Notes: generated by a model from the sequence alone, not told the origin. A stretch of 37,085 nucleotides of DNA from a virus (IMGVR_UViG_3300038393_001148); one strand, 5' to 3'; numbered from the stretch's first letter, positions 25,726 through 34,387 are shown. Numbers and translations: made by a program.

Positions 25726-26024
25726 CCGGGAAGTTACTCCGCAACGTAGCGAGCGACGGCCTTTACCTCTGCGAGGAGATGTCCAGCGGCGAGATTCATT
25801 TCGTCGTCGGCATTAAGTCCGACGAAGACTCCGACGAACCTCATGTCTGGAAATGGAAACGCCTGGCTTGGAATGCGGCGACGGCAAAGGCTTATCTTGG
25901 GGACGGGACGTATGAATACGTGGATAATTTCAGCCCGCTGCCGGTGAGGTCCCGGTGTGCGGAATGTCAGGCCGCCCTGATGGTCGTGGACTATCTCTGC
26001 GAGGAATGCCGTGCCCAGGATTAA
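25722..26024 (+). CDS. Zn-finger-tagged small protein
   Basis: CAECQAALMVVDYLCEECR. Confidence 0.8.
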   Translation: MTGKLLRNVASDGLYLCEEMSSGEIHFVVGIKSDEDSDEPHVWKWKRLAWNAATAKAYLGDGTYEYVDNFSPLPVRSRCAECQAALMVVDYLCEECRAQD

Positions 26025-26355
26025 GTACCGAAAGCATCGGGAGTCCGGGATCCTCATCAAGCCCGGCCAGGTATGGCGCGTTACGTTCACGGGCATACTC
26101 ACCTCATTGCGACCCGATTGGGAGGATTGGCAAGTAACTCATCTTGAGCGGGGCACGCCCACCGCAGTCTGCATTTCTTCTCACGACGGACACCGCGAGC
26201 ACCCGATTGGGAAATCTCAGGAGGTATCCATAGGTGATGCAGGCGTATCTCGCTTCTGGAGTATCATCGGGCATCCCTGCGCTGAGTGCGGAGATATCAT
26301 CAGTGGGATCGATGACTACCTCTGTTCGGATTGTCGCTTGACAAACCCAACTTAG
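26011..26355 (+). CDS. Zn-finger-tagged small protein (PGQVW N-terminus)
   Basis: CAECGDIISGIDDYLCSDCR. Confidence 0.8.
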   Translation: MPRIKYRKHRESGILIKPGQVWRVTFTGILTSLRPDWEDWQVTHLERGTPTAVCISSHDGHREHPIGKSQEVSIGDAGVSRFWSIIGHPCAECGDIISGIDDYLCSDCRLTNPT

Positions 26356-26366
26356 AGCGGTATATT
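26338..26366 (+). promoter_or_regulatory. Sigma70-type leaderless promoter
   Basis: TTGACA-17-TATATT-7-ATG(26374). Confidence 0.82.
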
Positions 26367-26373
26367 CCCATGT

Positions 26374-26799
26374 ATGCCTTTCGAGATCCTCATCTTCTCC
26401 ACCATGAGCGGCCGCCAGTGGGAGGGGAAGGCGTCCTCCAGCGACCTGGAGGAGATCTTCCGCGAGTTCAATCGCGTGGACGAGGCCGATAACGCTCGGC
26501 TCGAAGCCCTCGGCTACGATCTCCCGTCGCTCTCGTCGGGCGACTTCGTGCGCGTCAACGACCGCTGGTGGCTCTGCGCGAACGTGGGCTGGGTCGAGGT
26601 CGATGACCGCCAGGCCATCATCCCTCAGTTGGACTACGCCAATGCGCGCAAGCTGGACCGCGATGCCCGCCCGCCGATGTTCCTGGAGATGTGCGGCTCC
26701 ACGCTCGTGTACATGATGCCCAGCGGCAAGTGGAAGTCGATTCCCGCGCAGAGCGCGACCGAGGTCCACGACGAGCATCCCTACCGGGGCCAGGCGTGA
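26374..26799 (+). CDS. YodL-like domain protein
   Basis: LEEIFREFN...PSLSSGDFV...WLCANVGW resembles the YodL LE.IF..FN...SLSVSD.V pattern. Confidence 0.6.
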   Translation: MPFEILIFSTMSGRQWEGKASSSDLEEIFREFNRVDEADNARLEALGYDLPSLSSGDFVRVNDRWWLCANVGWVEVDDRQAIIPQLDYANARKLDRDARPPMFLEMCGSTLVYMMPSGKWKSIPAQSATEVHDEHPYRGQA

Positions 26800-27026
26800 T
26801 CTTCCACGCCTATATCTGGGACAACGACGGCGGGCGAATACGTACCGTCATCGAAGCCGCCTCTCGCAGCGAGGCTCGTAAGAGCGCTGGTGATAGGATC
26901 CCGGATGCAAAGGCTATTGGTATTCTAACCAGCCTTGAGTACGCCGGGACGGGCACATATGAATACAATCTTGAGCACATGCGCCTCACAGCTATGGAGG
27001 CCGGGTATCGCCAAGGGCTAAGATAG
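26796..27026 (+). CDS. Hypothetical protein
   Basis: GTGA-coupled. Confidence 0.6.
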   Translation: MIFHAYIWDNDGGRIRTVIEAASRSEARKSAGDRIPDAKAIGILTSLEYAGTGTYEYNLEHMRLTAMEAGYRQGLR

Positions 27027-27029
27027 TCC

Positions 27030-27058
27030 TTGACAAACCTTACATGGGCTGGTAAGCT
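27030..27058 (+). promoter_or_regulatory. Sigma70-type leaderless promoter
   Basis: TTGACA-17-(TGG)TAAGCT-6-ATG(27065). Confidence 0.82.
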
Positions 27059-27064
27059 TTAGCT

Positions 27065-27202
27065 ATGTACTACCGCATCGAAATTCGTAAGGACATCGAC
27101 GCCGACTCCGACGACGAGGCTCTCCGCATTGCGCAGGAGGAGGCCAACAAGATCGGCGGCGAGGTTACGGCGGTCTTTGACGAGAACTGGGACGAACTGT
27201 AG
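27065..27202 (+). CDS. Small acidic protein (45 aa, missed by the ORF track)
   Basis: MYYRIEIRKDIDADSDDEALRIAQEE...DENWDEL. Confidence 0.7.
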   Translation: MYYRIEIRKDIDADSDDEALRIAQEEANKIGGEVTAVFDENWDEL

Positions 27203-27204
27203 CC

Positions 27205-27405
27205 ATGGCCCTTCCGACTCCCTGTCAAACGCCCGGTGCGCAGTTCCATACGCGCATCACGCAGGATTCCGTGGGCGTGGACGTAGATCTGCCGCTTGGG
27301 CTGGATCTGACGGTCGAGCAGGCCGAGAGGCTTGAGGCGAACCTTCATAACGCGGTCGAACTTGCGCTCGCGCCTTTTTTCAGCGACTTGACAAATCTTA
27401 CATAG
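27205..27405 (+). CDS. Hypothetical protein
   Basis: ORF. Confidence 0.6.
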   Translation: MALPTPCQTPGAQFHTRITQDSVGVDVDLPLGLDLTVEQAERLEANLHNAVELALAPFFSDLTNLT

Positions 27406-27416
27406 CCTGGTAAGGT
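27388..27416 (+). promoter_or_regulatory. Sigma70-type leaderless promoter
   Basis: TTGACA-17-(TGG)TAAGGT-7-ATG; 34/39 nt identical to the 1702 promoter-start segment. Confidence 0.85.
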
Positions 27417-27423
27417 TACACCC

Positions 27424-27687
27424 ATGCCCGCTATCCTTTCCGCCGCCGAGATCGTTGAGATCCTCGGCGTCGTTCCTGCCGCCAGTATGACCTTGAAGCC
27501 CGCCAAGCGCGATGCCCAGATCGAGGAGGCCGTGTCCTACCGGGATTCCCTCCCGCCGCGTTCGTCGCGTCAGACCGCTTGGGGCCTGACGCGCCCTGAG
27601 TGGGAGCGCCGCCTGCTGGCTCTCCAGTCCGTGGCCTTCTACTCGCGGGCGGAAGTCGTCGCCGCCTCGCGGGGTGTCTGCCCGTAA
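27424..27687 (+). CDS. Hypothetical protein
   Basis: ORF after the promoter. Confidence 0.7.
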   Translation: MPAILSAAEIVEILGVVPAASMTLKPAKRDAQIEEAVSYRDSLPPRSSRQTAWGLTRPEWERRLLALQSVAFYSRAEVVAASRGVCP

Positions 27688-27724
27688 GGTAGCCTTTCAG
27701 GCCCCTCCTGTAACATAAGGGCTG

Positions 27725-30319
27725 ATGGATGTCACGTCAGCCTTTGTCGGTATCACAGTTCCACTCAGCGATCTCTACCAAGAGATCGCTGTTCGTGGTT
27801 GGGAGGTCTCCAAGCTCGACACCAAGGAGGGCCAGTATGTGGCGGAAGCTAAAAATCCGCACGGGGAAACGGTCTCGAAGGTCGGGCGGGATCCTCAGAC
27901 GGCGCTCGCGGCCGTTCTCCAGACGATTGTGCGGCGGGAGTTTATTCGCCAGGGCGCGTGGACGCAGCACTGGGCCGATCAGCTTGAGCCCATCGCTCAG
28001 GCGTACGCTAAGGCCCCTGTATTCGATTCTAAGGCTGCCGGAGCATGGCAGGAGCTAGCGGCCGACTGCATCGCCCGAGCGGAGGCTCTAGGGCAGCAGC
28101 TAAAGATCGAGGTGGTGGACGAGCCCGAGCCCTACCACTCGCCGCGTGACATGTGGGAGGACGTGGAGAAGAAAAAGCGCCTCAAGGTCACGCGCGCCGA
28201 TTCCGATCACCCGCTGTGGAACGAGCAGCAGGTCTTGGCCTACCGCATCGTTCATGATGTCCTTGGTCACGCAGCGGCAGGAGGGGACTTTGGCTGGACA
28301 GGAGAGAATCTCGCCACGGCCGCGCATATGCCGTATCTGTCTCCCAGCGCCCAGGCCGCTCTATTCTCTGAATCAATCGGGAACGCTGCGTACAGGCACT
28401 ACTACAAGGGCCTGGGTCCGAAGAAGATCACGTTCCTGAACGAGTTCCTTAATCCCGCTCAGACGGAGAATAACCCCGCTGGGCATGGCGGGCTTCCGAT
28501 TGAGCATTCCTTGGCTCCTGGAGCCCTGCCAGCGGGTCGTACGGCCAATAGTCGAGTAGCAATCGACTGGGGCAGCTACTACAACGAGGTGGACCAGCAG
28601 CCGGTGAGTATCGATCCTTGGACGCCGGGGACAGCGGGCAAGGCATTTATGGACCGGGCCACAGGTCGGGTGCATCACTGGAGGACCGACGCCCCGCATG
28701 ACAAGCCCAGCGTGGGCGTGCCGCATCACACCTGGGTGGCTCAGGAGTTGGGCATCGAGTATCCTTTTGCAGCAAGCGCATGGATTGGTCCAGATGGCTC
28801 AGTGGAGTTCCCGTATCTGGACAGCGAGCCGTCTACGCCTGAGCAGATGCAGGCCGTGAGGGATGAGATCGCTAGGGCTTCGCGCTCGTCGCTGAATACC
28901 TTAGCCCCCACTTCATACAGGAAGGGTATTCGGCAGGCGCTTGTTAATCATCTCGGGTTGGAAGCTCCGCAGGGTGACGTACTAGATGATGATGAGCTTT
29001 GGAAGGAAGCTCGTCGCAAGGTAGCTGCGCTCACCGATCCCAACGCGGGATACGACACGGGGATCATCCCGCCTGCCGTTAACGCGGTATCAGCCTATGG
29101 TGATCCTCTTGACCACATGGGCCTCAAAGATGTAGCACATAAGTTGGACACCGGCTGGTCGCAATGGGAGACGCCGGAAGGAGAACCTGACCGCGAGCGC
29201 ATGAAGCAAGCTATTGTGAATGCCTTCCGTGTGGCCCTGCTGAGCCCGCGTAAGGCGTTGCGCTGGAATGCTGTGCAGTATCAGGATTTGATGCACGTTC
29301 CTTACCATACGACCGACCCCAAGGTCTACTGGGATGCATTGGAGCAGGCGCGCATCAATCACAATCGCGCAGCCGGTGTACCGAACCCAGAGATCGCCCA
29401 TAAGGCCCACTATGAGGCTCTGCTGGACTTCTATCGCTACTATCAGAAGCTCCACCCTGATATGAGCCCCAGCGAGGCTAAGGAGCACGCAGACCGAGAG
29501 GTTCAGGTCATGCAGGCCGAGGTCGAGGAACGCCTATGGAAGGAGTCTCCCGAGCCCGAGATGGACATCTTTGAGCCACGAGTGTTTAAGGAGTTGGACA
29601 AGCGTCTCAAGGCCATCGTCAAGGACGACAAGTCAAGGGCATTATATTCTGCATCGGTGGATCCTAACCCGTATGTGGCCCCGGATCGCTATGGCGGATT
29701 CTTTGCTCGTCCGCTCATCTCCATTGCCAAGGTCTCCCAGAACGCAGATATATTACTTGACGCTGCGCTCAAGGATGTACATGAACATGATGGAGCCGGG
29801 CATCATTTCCGTCAGGTTGCGCTAGCCCTCGGCATCCCATTCCTGGGCCCAAAGGTCGTCAGCTTCGCGTGGCTGTTATTGCAGCCTATGACAAGCCAGC
29901 TTGCTACTATTGACACTCACATGGCGGACTGGCTAGGCTACAAACACAGCCAGGAAGGCATACCACTACGCGATTACTTCCGCTACGAGCGTGAGCTACA
30001 GGCTGGGCGAGACGCTGCCGGTTATTCACACGTCCCGCTCGGCCAGTTCCAGTGGGGCACATGGGATATTAAACGCAATGGTGAGGGAATGCATCAGGAC
30101 CACTCTCCGCTGCGCGTATGGCAGCCACAAGCCCATCATACGGTGGACTGGAATGCTCATGGCGAAGGCTATGGACAAAAAGGCGAGGACTTCGAGCCAC
30201 CGGAATGGTGGAAGATCACCGAGCCATACCGTCAGAACGAAGTGGCTAAGTGGAACATCGATGTGGCTCCATACTTCCCTAAGGGTCAAGTACCATATCT
30301 AGAGGATGTCAATGTCTGA
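27725..30319 (+). CDS. Large modular (polyvalent-like) protein: HDxxGH domain, WTPG-HH domain and C-terminal HhH glycosylase-like domain
   Basis: RIVHDVLGH; WTPGTAGKA...PHH; DDDELWKEA linker; LGPKVVSF...LATIDTHM. Confidence 0.75.
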   Translation: MDVTSAFVGITVPLSDLYQEIAVRGWEVSKLDTKEGQYVAEAKNPHGETVSKVGRDPQTALAAVLQTIVRREFIRQGAWTQHWADQLEPIAQAYAKAPVFDSKAAGAWQELAADCIARAEALGQQLKIEVVDEPEPYHSPRDMWEDVEKKKRLKVTRADSDHPLWNEQQVLAYRIVHDVLGHAAAGGDFGWTGENLATAAHMPYLSPSAQAALFSESIGNAAYRHYYKGLGPKKITFLNEFLNPAQTENNPAGHGGLPIEHSLAPGALPAGRTANSRVAIDWGSYYNEVDQQPVSIDPWTPGTAGKAFMDRATGRVHHWRTDAPHDKPSVGVPHHTWVAQELGIEYPFAASAWIGPDGSVEFPYLDSEPSTPEQMQAVRDEIARASRSSLNTLAPTSYRKGIRQALVNHLGLEAPQGDVLDDDELWKEARRKVAALTDPNAGYDTGIIPPAVNAVSAYGDPLDHMGLKDVAHKLDTGWSQWETPEGEPDRERMKQAIVNAFRVALLSPRKALRWNAVQYQDLMHVPYHTTDPKVYWDALEQARINHNRAAGVPNPEIAHKAHYEALLDFYRYYQKLHPDMSPSEAKEHADREVQVMQAEVEERLWKESPEPEMDIFEPRVFKELDKRLKAIVKDDKSRALYSASVDPNPYVAPDRYGGFFARPLISIAKVSQNADILLDAALKDVHEHDGAGHHFRQVALALGIPFLGPKVVSFAWLLLQPMTSQLATIDTHMADWLGYKHSQEGIPLRDYFRYERELQAGRDAAGYSHVPLGQFQWGTWDIKRNGEGMHQDHSPLRVWQPQAHHTVDWNAHGEGYGQKGEDFEPPEWWKITEPYRQNEVAKWNIDVAPYFPKGQVPYLEDVNV

Positions 30320-33300
30320 TTATCAAGTCCACGAGATCCCCGAAGATAAGATCGATCTCGACACTCGCGCGCTGGAGAATTTCAAGAGTGGGATTAGCAG
30401 TGGATGGGATGACTGGATTAGCAATCGCAGAGTGTTTTTGTATCACCCTCAGACTAAGACGACTTATTTAGCCCCCCTTGGTACTCATCATGGCTGGGTA
30501 GAGAAGTATGTGGCGAGCCTCGGCAACATCAATGAGATGTATGAAGGGATGATCCATACCAATCAGAACTTTGACGAGGGGCACGGGCCGATCCATTGGT
30601 GGTACCGACCAAAAGATCAAGAGGCTGTTGAAAACCACCTATATCAGCAGGGCCACGCTGTTGATTGGCGAACCCAGCCTGAAGAGGAGCTAGATATGAA
30701 TGACGACAACTTGTGGAAGGAGGCTTCCGCGTATCAAATTTACGATCATGGGCAGGAGATGTATGCGCCTCCGGCATCGCAATTCGGATCGAACTGGCGT
30801 GAGCAGTGGATCCTGCATCGTAAGCCATTCCTCTATGACCCTGACACCAAGTCCATCCACGTCGGCCCCCAAGGCGTACATCATGGAGCGTTACACGATT
30901 TCCTTGAGTACAATAAGAACATGGGAGTGGGGAACACTCGCGGCTTCCATGAGGGCATGATCCATCTGGCTCCCGAGACCACTCCCGAGTATTATGATGC
31001 TATCGACTGGTGGAATCCTCCTCTTGATCGTTCTCAAGTAGAACAACAACTCATCCAAGAGGGACATGCTGTGCCATGGGAACGGCAAAATGATGCTGTT
31101 GACATGAATGATGAGGATCTATGGCACGATGCAAGCGCTCGAACGGCTAACGCCTTCGAAGGGATCGCGCCCACCGTCAGCGAACATGACTCACGTATGA
31201 AACGCCTCCATGATTGGAGCACAAGGCCATGGATCTACGACCACGATACGAATGTTATTCATGTCGGTCCCTTGGGCTCATTTCATACAGACATGATCGG
31301 TGTACCTGCCGTGAACAATTGGTTGGGTAACAACCAATATACCGGAGGCCGCATTCAGGGTCCAGAAGTCAGCGCCCGTGATATTCGTGACGAGCATGGC
31401 AACTTCAAGCCGGATGTATACAACAAATGGCAACCCGAGCATATTTTTCCCTATAGGGGATATGATCGTTATTGGAATCATGTGGCTCCTGCACTCGCAG
31501 CATATTTCCCTACGGCGTCCGATCAGGAGCAAGACGACGACGACGATCTTTGGAATTATTCTTCTTCTCACACTTCGGCGTCACGAGATGAAGTACATCT
31601 GTCTCTTGATGTACCAGAACGCATTCGTAAGCGCATCGCCCTCTGGGTTAAACAGCTTGAGCTTCCCGAAGAGGAGTACCTAGACCCGAGTGAGTACCAC
31701 ATTACCATGGCCTACGCAGAGCATGGCCTACATGATGATGTTGTGCGCCGTGCAGCGGATCGCTTCAACTACACCGGATTGAAGTTCGAGGGCAAGCGCC
31801 TGACCAAATTCAACGACGCCGTGGTCATCGAGCTACGCTGCGAGCACTTCAACGAGTACGCGGACGAGCTAAATACGTGGCTGGAAGAGCAGGGCGTCAC
31901 AGTAGCCCGCTACGAGGGCGGCTTTAAGCCCCATATCACGGTCGCCTACAGCGAATCCAGCCCTAGGGCAGCCCTGCCGCCTCTGAGCTTCAGAGCGGGC
32001 CGCATGAACTTCTCCACGCCTCGTCCGCTGCGCGAGGCTGCCGCACGCTATCCGTTCAGCCTCTCCGTGTCCCCGCCAGATCACTGGGTCGGTCAGGATT
32101 ACAATAAGGATGGTGCCTCTCATGAGTGGCGCGATCACGAATACACTCAGCGTATGCCGTTGGCCTACGACAAGGATCGCAATGAAATGTACATTGGACG
32201 GCCAGGACAGTATCACATGCACTTGAGTGAAGAGTATGGCCTCCCACCGCTAGAGGGTCAATGGGAGTCTCAGAAATACAATCCCAAGAGCATGCATGTT
32301 GGGTATATCCATCTTCCTAAGCCCAATGAGATCGGGGAGCCGTATGACTACAAAGATGGGAAGCTAGGTTGGTATGGAACGCCGCCAGAAAATAACGACG
32401 AGCTACTAAATCATCTTGGCATTCAGCCCATGGAAGACCTATCACAAGATGAAAGTCTATGGAAGGAGGCCGGAGGCTGGGATCGGCTTGGGTGGACTCC
32501 CGGCTCTCCAGGCAAGGCCATGTACATTGCTAGGCCGTTCTCTCCTCCAAGGACAGTAACTTGGAATGTAGATGCCAATAGCAGCATGGCGGGACCGCAT
32601 CACGCAGCCATGGCAAGGCAATTAGGAATGTCTGATGAGGACTTCCACGGCGATCTAAGGCGCGGTCATATCTCCTTGATGCGTATCGAACCCAATGGCA
32701 ATATCTACGATACGTATACTGGCGCTAAGGTCCCAGAGCCAGTTCTTAAAGCACATCCCGAGTTAAGCGTTGGGGGACCTGACTACGCTGATGATGAGAT
32801 GTGGAAGGAGGCTAACGAGCCGCCGAGTGAGTTACCGACTATCCGCGAAGAACAGTCAAGTTATAAAAATGGTCCACATGATAATCATACTAGGCCGTGG
32901 ATCTATGATCACACCAAAAATATCATCCATGTTGGTCCGCTAGGATCGCATCACGTAGATATGATGAACGTGCCTGCGACGAAGTATTGGCTCGGCGGAC
33001 AGTTTACGGGCGGGCGCATTGCAGGCAACCCGGTCCCAGATGTATTCACCAATGATCTGAAAGATCCTGAGCAGCTTGCCCGTGTTACTCAACAATGGAC
33101 GCCCCAGAGTGTCTACTCTTATCCGGGAGGGAGTTTCGCACGTTATGATCAACATGTAGATAAAGTTATGCCAGCGTTTGAGCGCTGGCTTCCGGGTGTT
33201 AAGCGACTGTCACCGACTTGGGCCGACGATAGTGGGTGGGATGATTATGATGATTACGATGACTTGGACGTGTTTCGCACGCCGCCACGCACGTCAGAGA

Positions 33301-33518
33301 ATCGCTGGCCCGGCGCTCCCAACGACCCGCTCATGCTCAAGCAAGTCCAGGATCCCAAGCCATCCTGGGAATGGATGAAGCATGAACATGATCTTGATGA
33401 GCACAATCGCTGCCGCACATGCGGAGAGCAGCTAGAGCTATCTGCCATCGGCGATGGCGCAGATAGCCCGCTCGACGCGCCTAGCGATCCTGTGACCGAT
33501 CTACAGCGACCAGTCTAG
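30312..33518 (+). CDS. Large modular protein with repeated His-containing domains and a 2H phosphoesterase
   Basis: Five Y[DH]...G.[HFY]H repeats, one WTPG-HH domain, HITM/HITV pair, acidic LWKEA linkers. Confidence 0.8.
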   Translation: MSDYQVHEIPEDKIDLDTRALENFKSGISSGWDDWISNRRVFLYHPQTKTTYLAPLGTHHGWVEKYVASLGNINEMYEGMIHTNQNFDEGHGPIHWWYRPKDQEAVENHLYQQGHAVDWRTQPEEELDMNDDNLWKEASAYQIYDHGQEMYAPPASQFGSNWREQWILHRKPFLYDPDTKSIHVGPQGVHHGALHDFLEYNKNMGVGNTRGFHEGMIHLAPETTPEYYDAIDWWNPPLDRSQVEQQLIQEGHAVPWERQNDAVDMNDEDLWHDASARTANAFEGIAPTVSEHDSRMKRLHDWSTRPWIYDHDTNVIHVGPLGSFHTDMIGVPAVNNWLGNNQYTGGRIQGPEVSARDIRDEHGNFKPDVYNKWQPEHIFPYRGYDRYWNHVAPALAAYFPTASDQEQDDDDDLWNYSSSHTSASRDEVHLSLDVPERIRKRIALWVKQLELPEEEYLDPSEYHITMAYAEHGLHDDVVRRAADRFNYTGLKFEGKRLTKFNDAVVIELRCEHFNEYADELNTWLEEQGVTVARYEGGFKPHITVAYSESSPRAALPPLSFRAGRMNFSTPRPLREAAARYPFSLSVSPPDHWVGQDYNKDGASHEWRDHEYTQRMPLAYDKDRNEMYIGRPGQYHMHLSEEYGLPPLEGQWESQKYNPKSMHVGYIHLPKPNEIGEPYDYKDGKLGWYGTPPENNDELLNHLGIQPMEDLSQDESLWKEAGGWDRLGWTPGSPGKAMYIARPFSPPRTVTWNVDANSSMAGPHHAAMARQLGMSDEDFHGDLRRGHISLMRIEPNGNIYDTYTGAKVPEPVLKAHPELSVGGPDYADDEMWKEANEPPSELPTIREEQSSYKNGPHDNHTRPWIYDHTKNIIHVGPLGSHHVDMMNVPATKYWLGGQFTGGRIAGNPVPDVFTNDLKDPEQLARVTQQWTPQSVYSYPGGSFARYDQHVDKVMPAFERWLPGVKRLSPTWADDSGWDDYDDYDDLDVFRTPPRTSENRWPGAPNDPLMLKQVQDPKPSWEWMKHEHDLDEHNRCRTCGEQLELSAIGDGADSPLDAPSDPVTDLQRPV

Positions 33519-33648
33519 TCTTGCTCGCTAGCAGCTTCTTGGCTACAACTCGATAGTCGCAGCTAGGGCACGGAGCTTCGGGCTCCTGTATTCGAATATC
33601 CTTCCAGGAGCAGCGCTCACAGGCAACGAACCATCTATCGGAGTTCAT
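33481..33648 (-). CDS. Small Zn-ribbon protein
   Basis: AGGAG SD; CERC...CPSCDYRV. Confidence 0.6.
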   Translation of the reverse strand: MNSDRWFVACERCSWKDIRIQEPEAPCPSCDYRVVAKKLLASKTRLVAVDRSQDR

Positions 33649-33790
33649 TAGATCTCCTGAGTGGTTGCGAGCCAATTTTGGATAAGAGGCTTTGACATTC
33701 ATTGCATTTACCATTTTCCGCTTCCTGTACGTGACCGAAGCGAATGCACTGTTCGTGCCAGCATACACCCTTGGGGTTGAGTAGGCTCAT
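33635..33790 (-). CDS. Small Cys/His protein (51 aa, missed by the ORF track)
   Basis: MSLLNPKGVCWHEQC...CNEC; ATG 7 nt after TATACT. Confidence 0.55.
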   Translation of the reverse strand: MSLLNPKGVCWHEQCIRFGHVQEAENGKCNECQSLLSKIGSQPLRRSNELR

Positions 33791-33797
33791 CCGGCCC

Positions 33798-33825
33798 AGT
33801 ATACCCACTTCAGGTCGCTATGCAA
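33798..33825 (-). promoter_or_regulatory. Sigma70-type leaderless promoter
   Basis: TTGCAT-16-TATACT-7-ATG. Confidence 0.65.
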
Positions 33826-34091
33826 CTCCTACAAGCTGGGCAGAGATAGTCGTTCGCGGGGAGGCCTCTCGACCCGCATTCTCCGCATGGCCTTAGGGTC
33901 ATTGCGATCTCCCTATATATCCACGCTATGTAATTGACGCCGCCACTAGCCCCGTGTGCGTCCCACTGAGCAGCGTGGTAGGCACACGTATATTTACTGT
34001 CATGGGGTGGCTTATCACAGATGGGACAGGATTGATTCTCGTTCCACCATCGAAGCATTTGCTCATATGTTAAATTAGCGGGGATTGGCAT
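33810..34091 (-). CDS. Zn-finger-tagged small protein
   Basis: CPIC...CAYH; C-terminal CGECGSRGLPANDYLCPACR. Confidence 0.78.
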   Translation of the reverse strand: MPIPANLTYEQMLRWWNENQSCPICDKPPHDSKYTCAYHAAQWDAHGASGGVNYIAWIYREIAMTLRPCGECGSRGLPANDYLCPACRSCIAT

Positions 34092-34314
34092 GGCGACACC
34101 ACATGCAAATATAATCGTGTTGCTGGTGGAGGCGGTCCTCTCCACACTCCGCACAGTTGCGTGACACAAGGCCACGACCTTCTAGTACTTTCTTAGCCTT
34201 CTCTACCGCGTTGATACCCATGGGGCCAACACCATCAACTTGGTCCTCAAGGAGCTTGACGATCTCCCAGTCCTTGAGGCGGCTCCAGCCGCTTGACTCT
34301 AGTGACTCATCCAT
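34075..34314 (-). CDS. Zn-finger-tagged small protein
   Basis: CAECGEDRLHQQHDYICMWCR. Confidence 0.78.
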   Translation of the reverse strand: MDESLESSGWSRLKDWEIVKLLEDQVDGVGPMGINAVEKAKKVLEGRGLVSRNCAECGEDRLHQQHDYICMWCRHANPR

Positions 34315-34387
34315 AGTGCTATGACATCGAGGAAATGTAGGACGGTGTAGATCCCGAGAACGCTTAGGATGCTGCGCTGAAGCGTGG

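Noticed and set aside
27725-33518. Diversity-generating retroelement behind the repeated domains
   Set aside because: No reverse transcriptase and no near-identical TR/VR pair differing only at adenines is visible.
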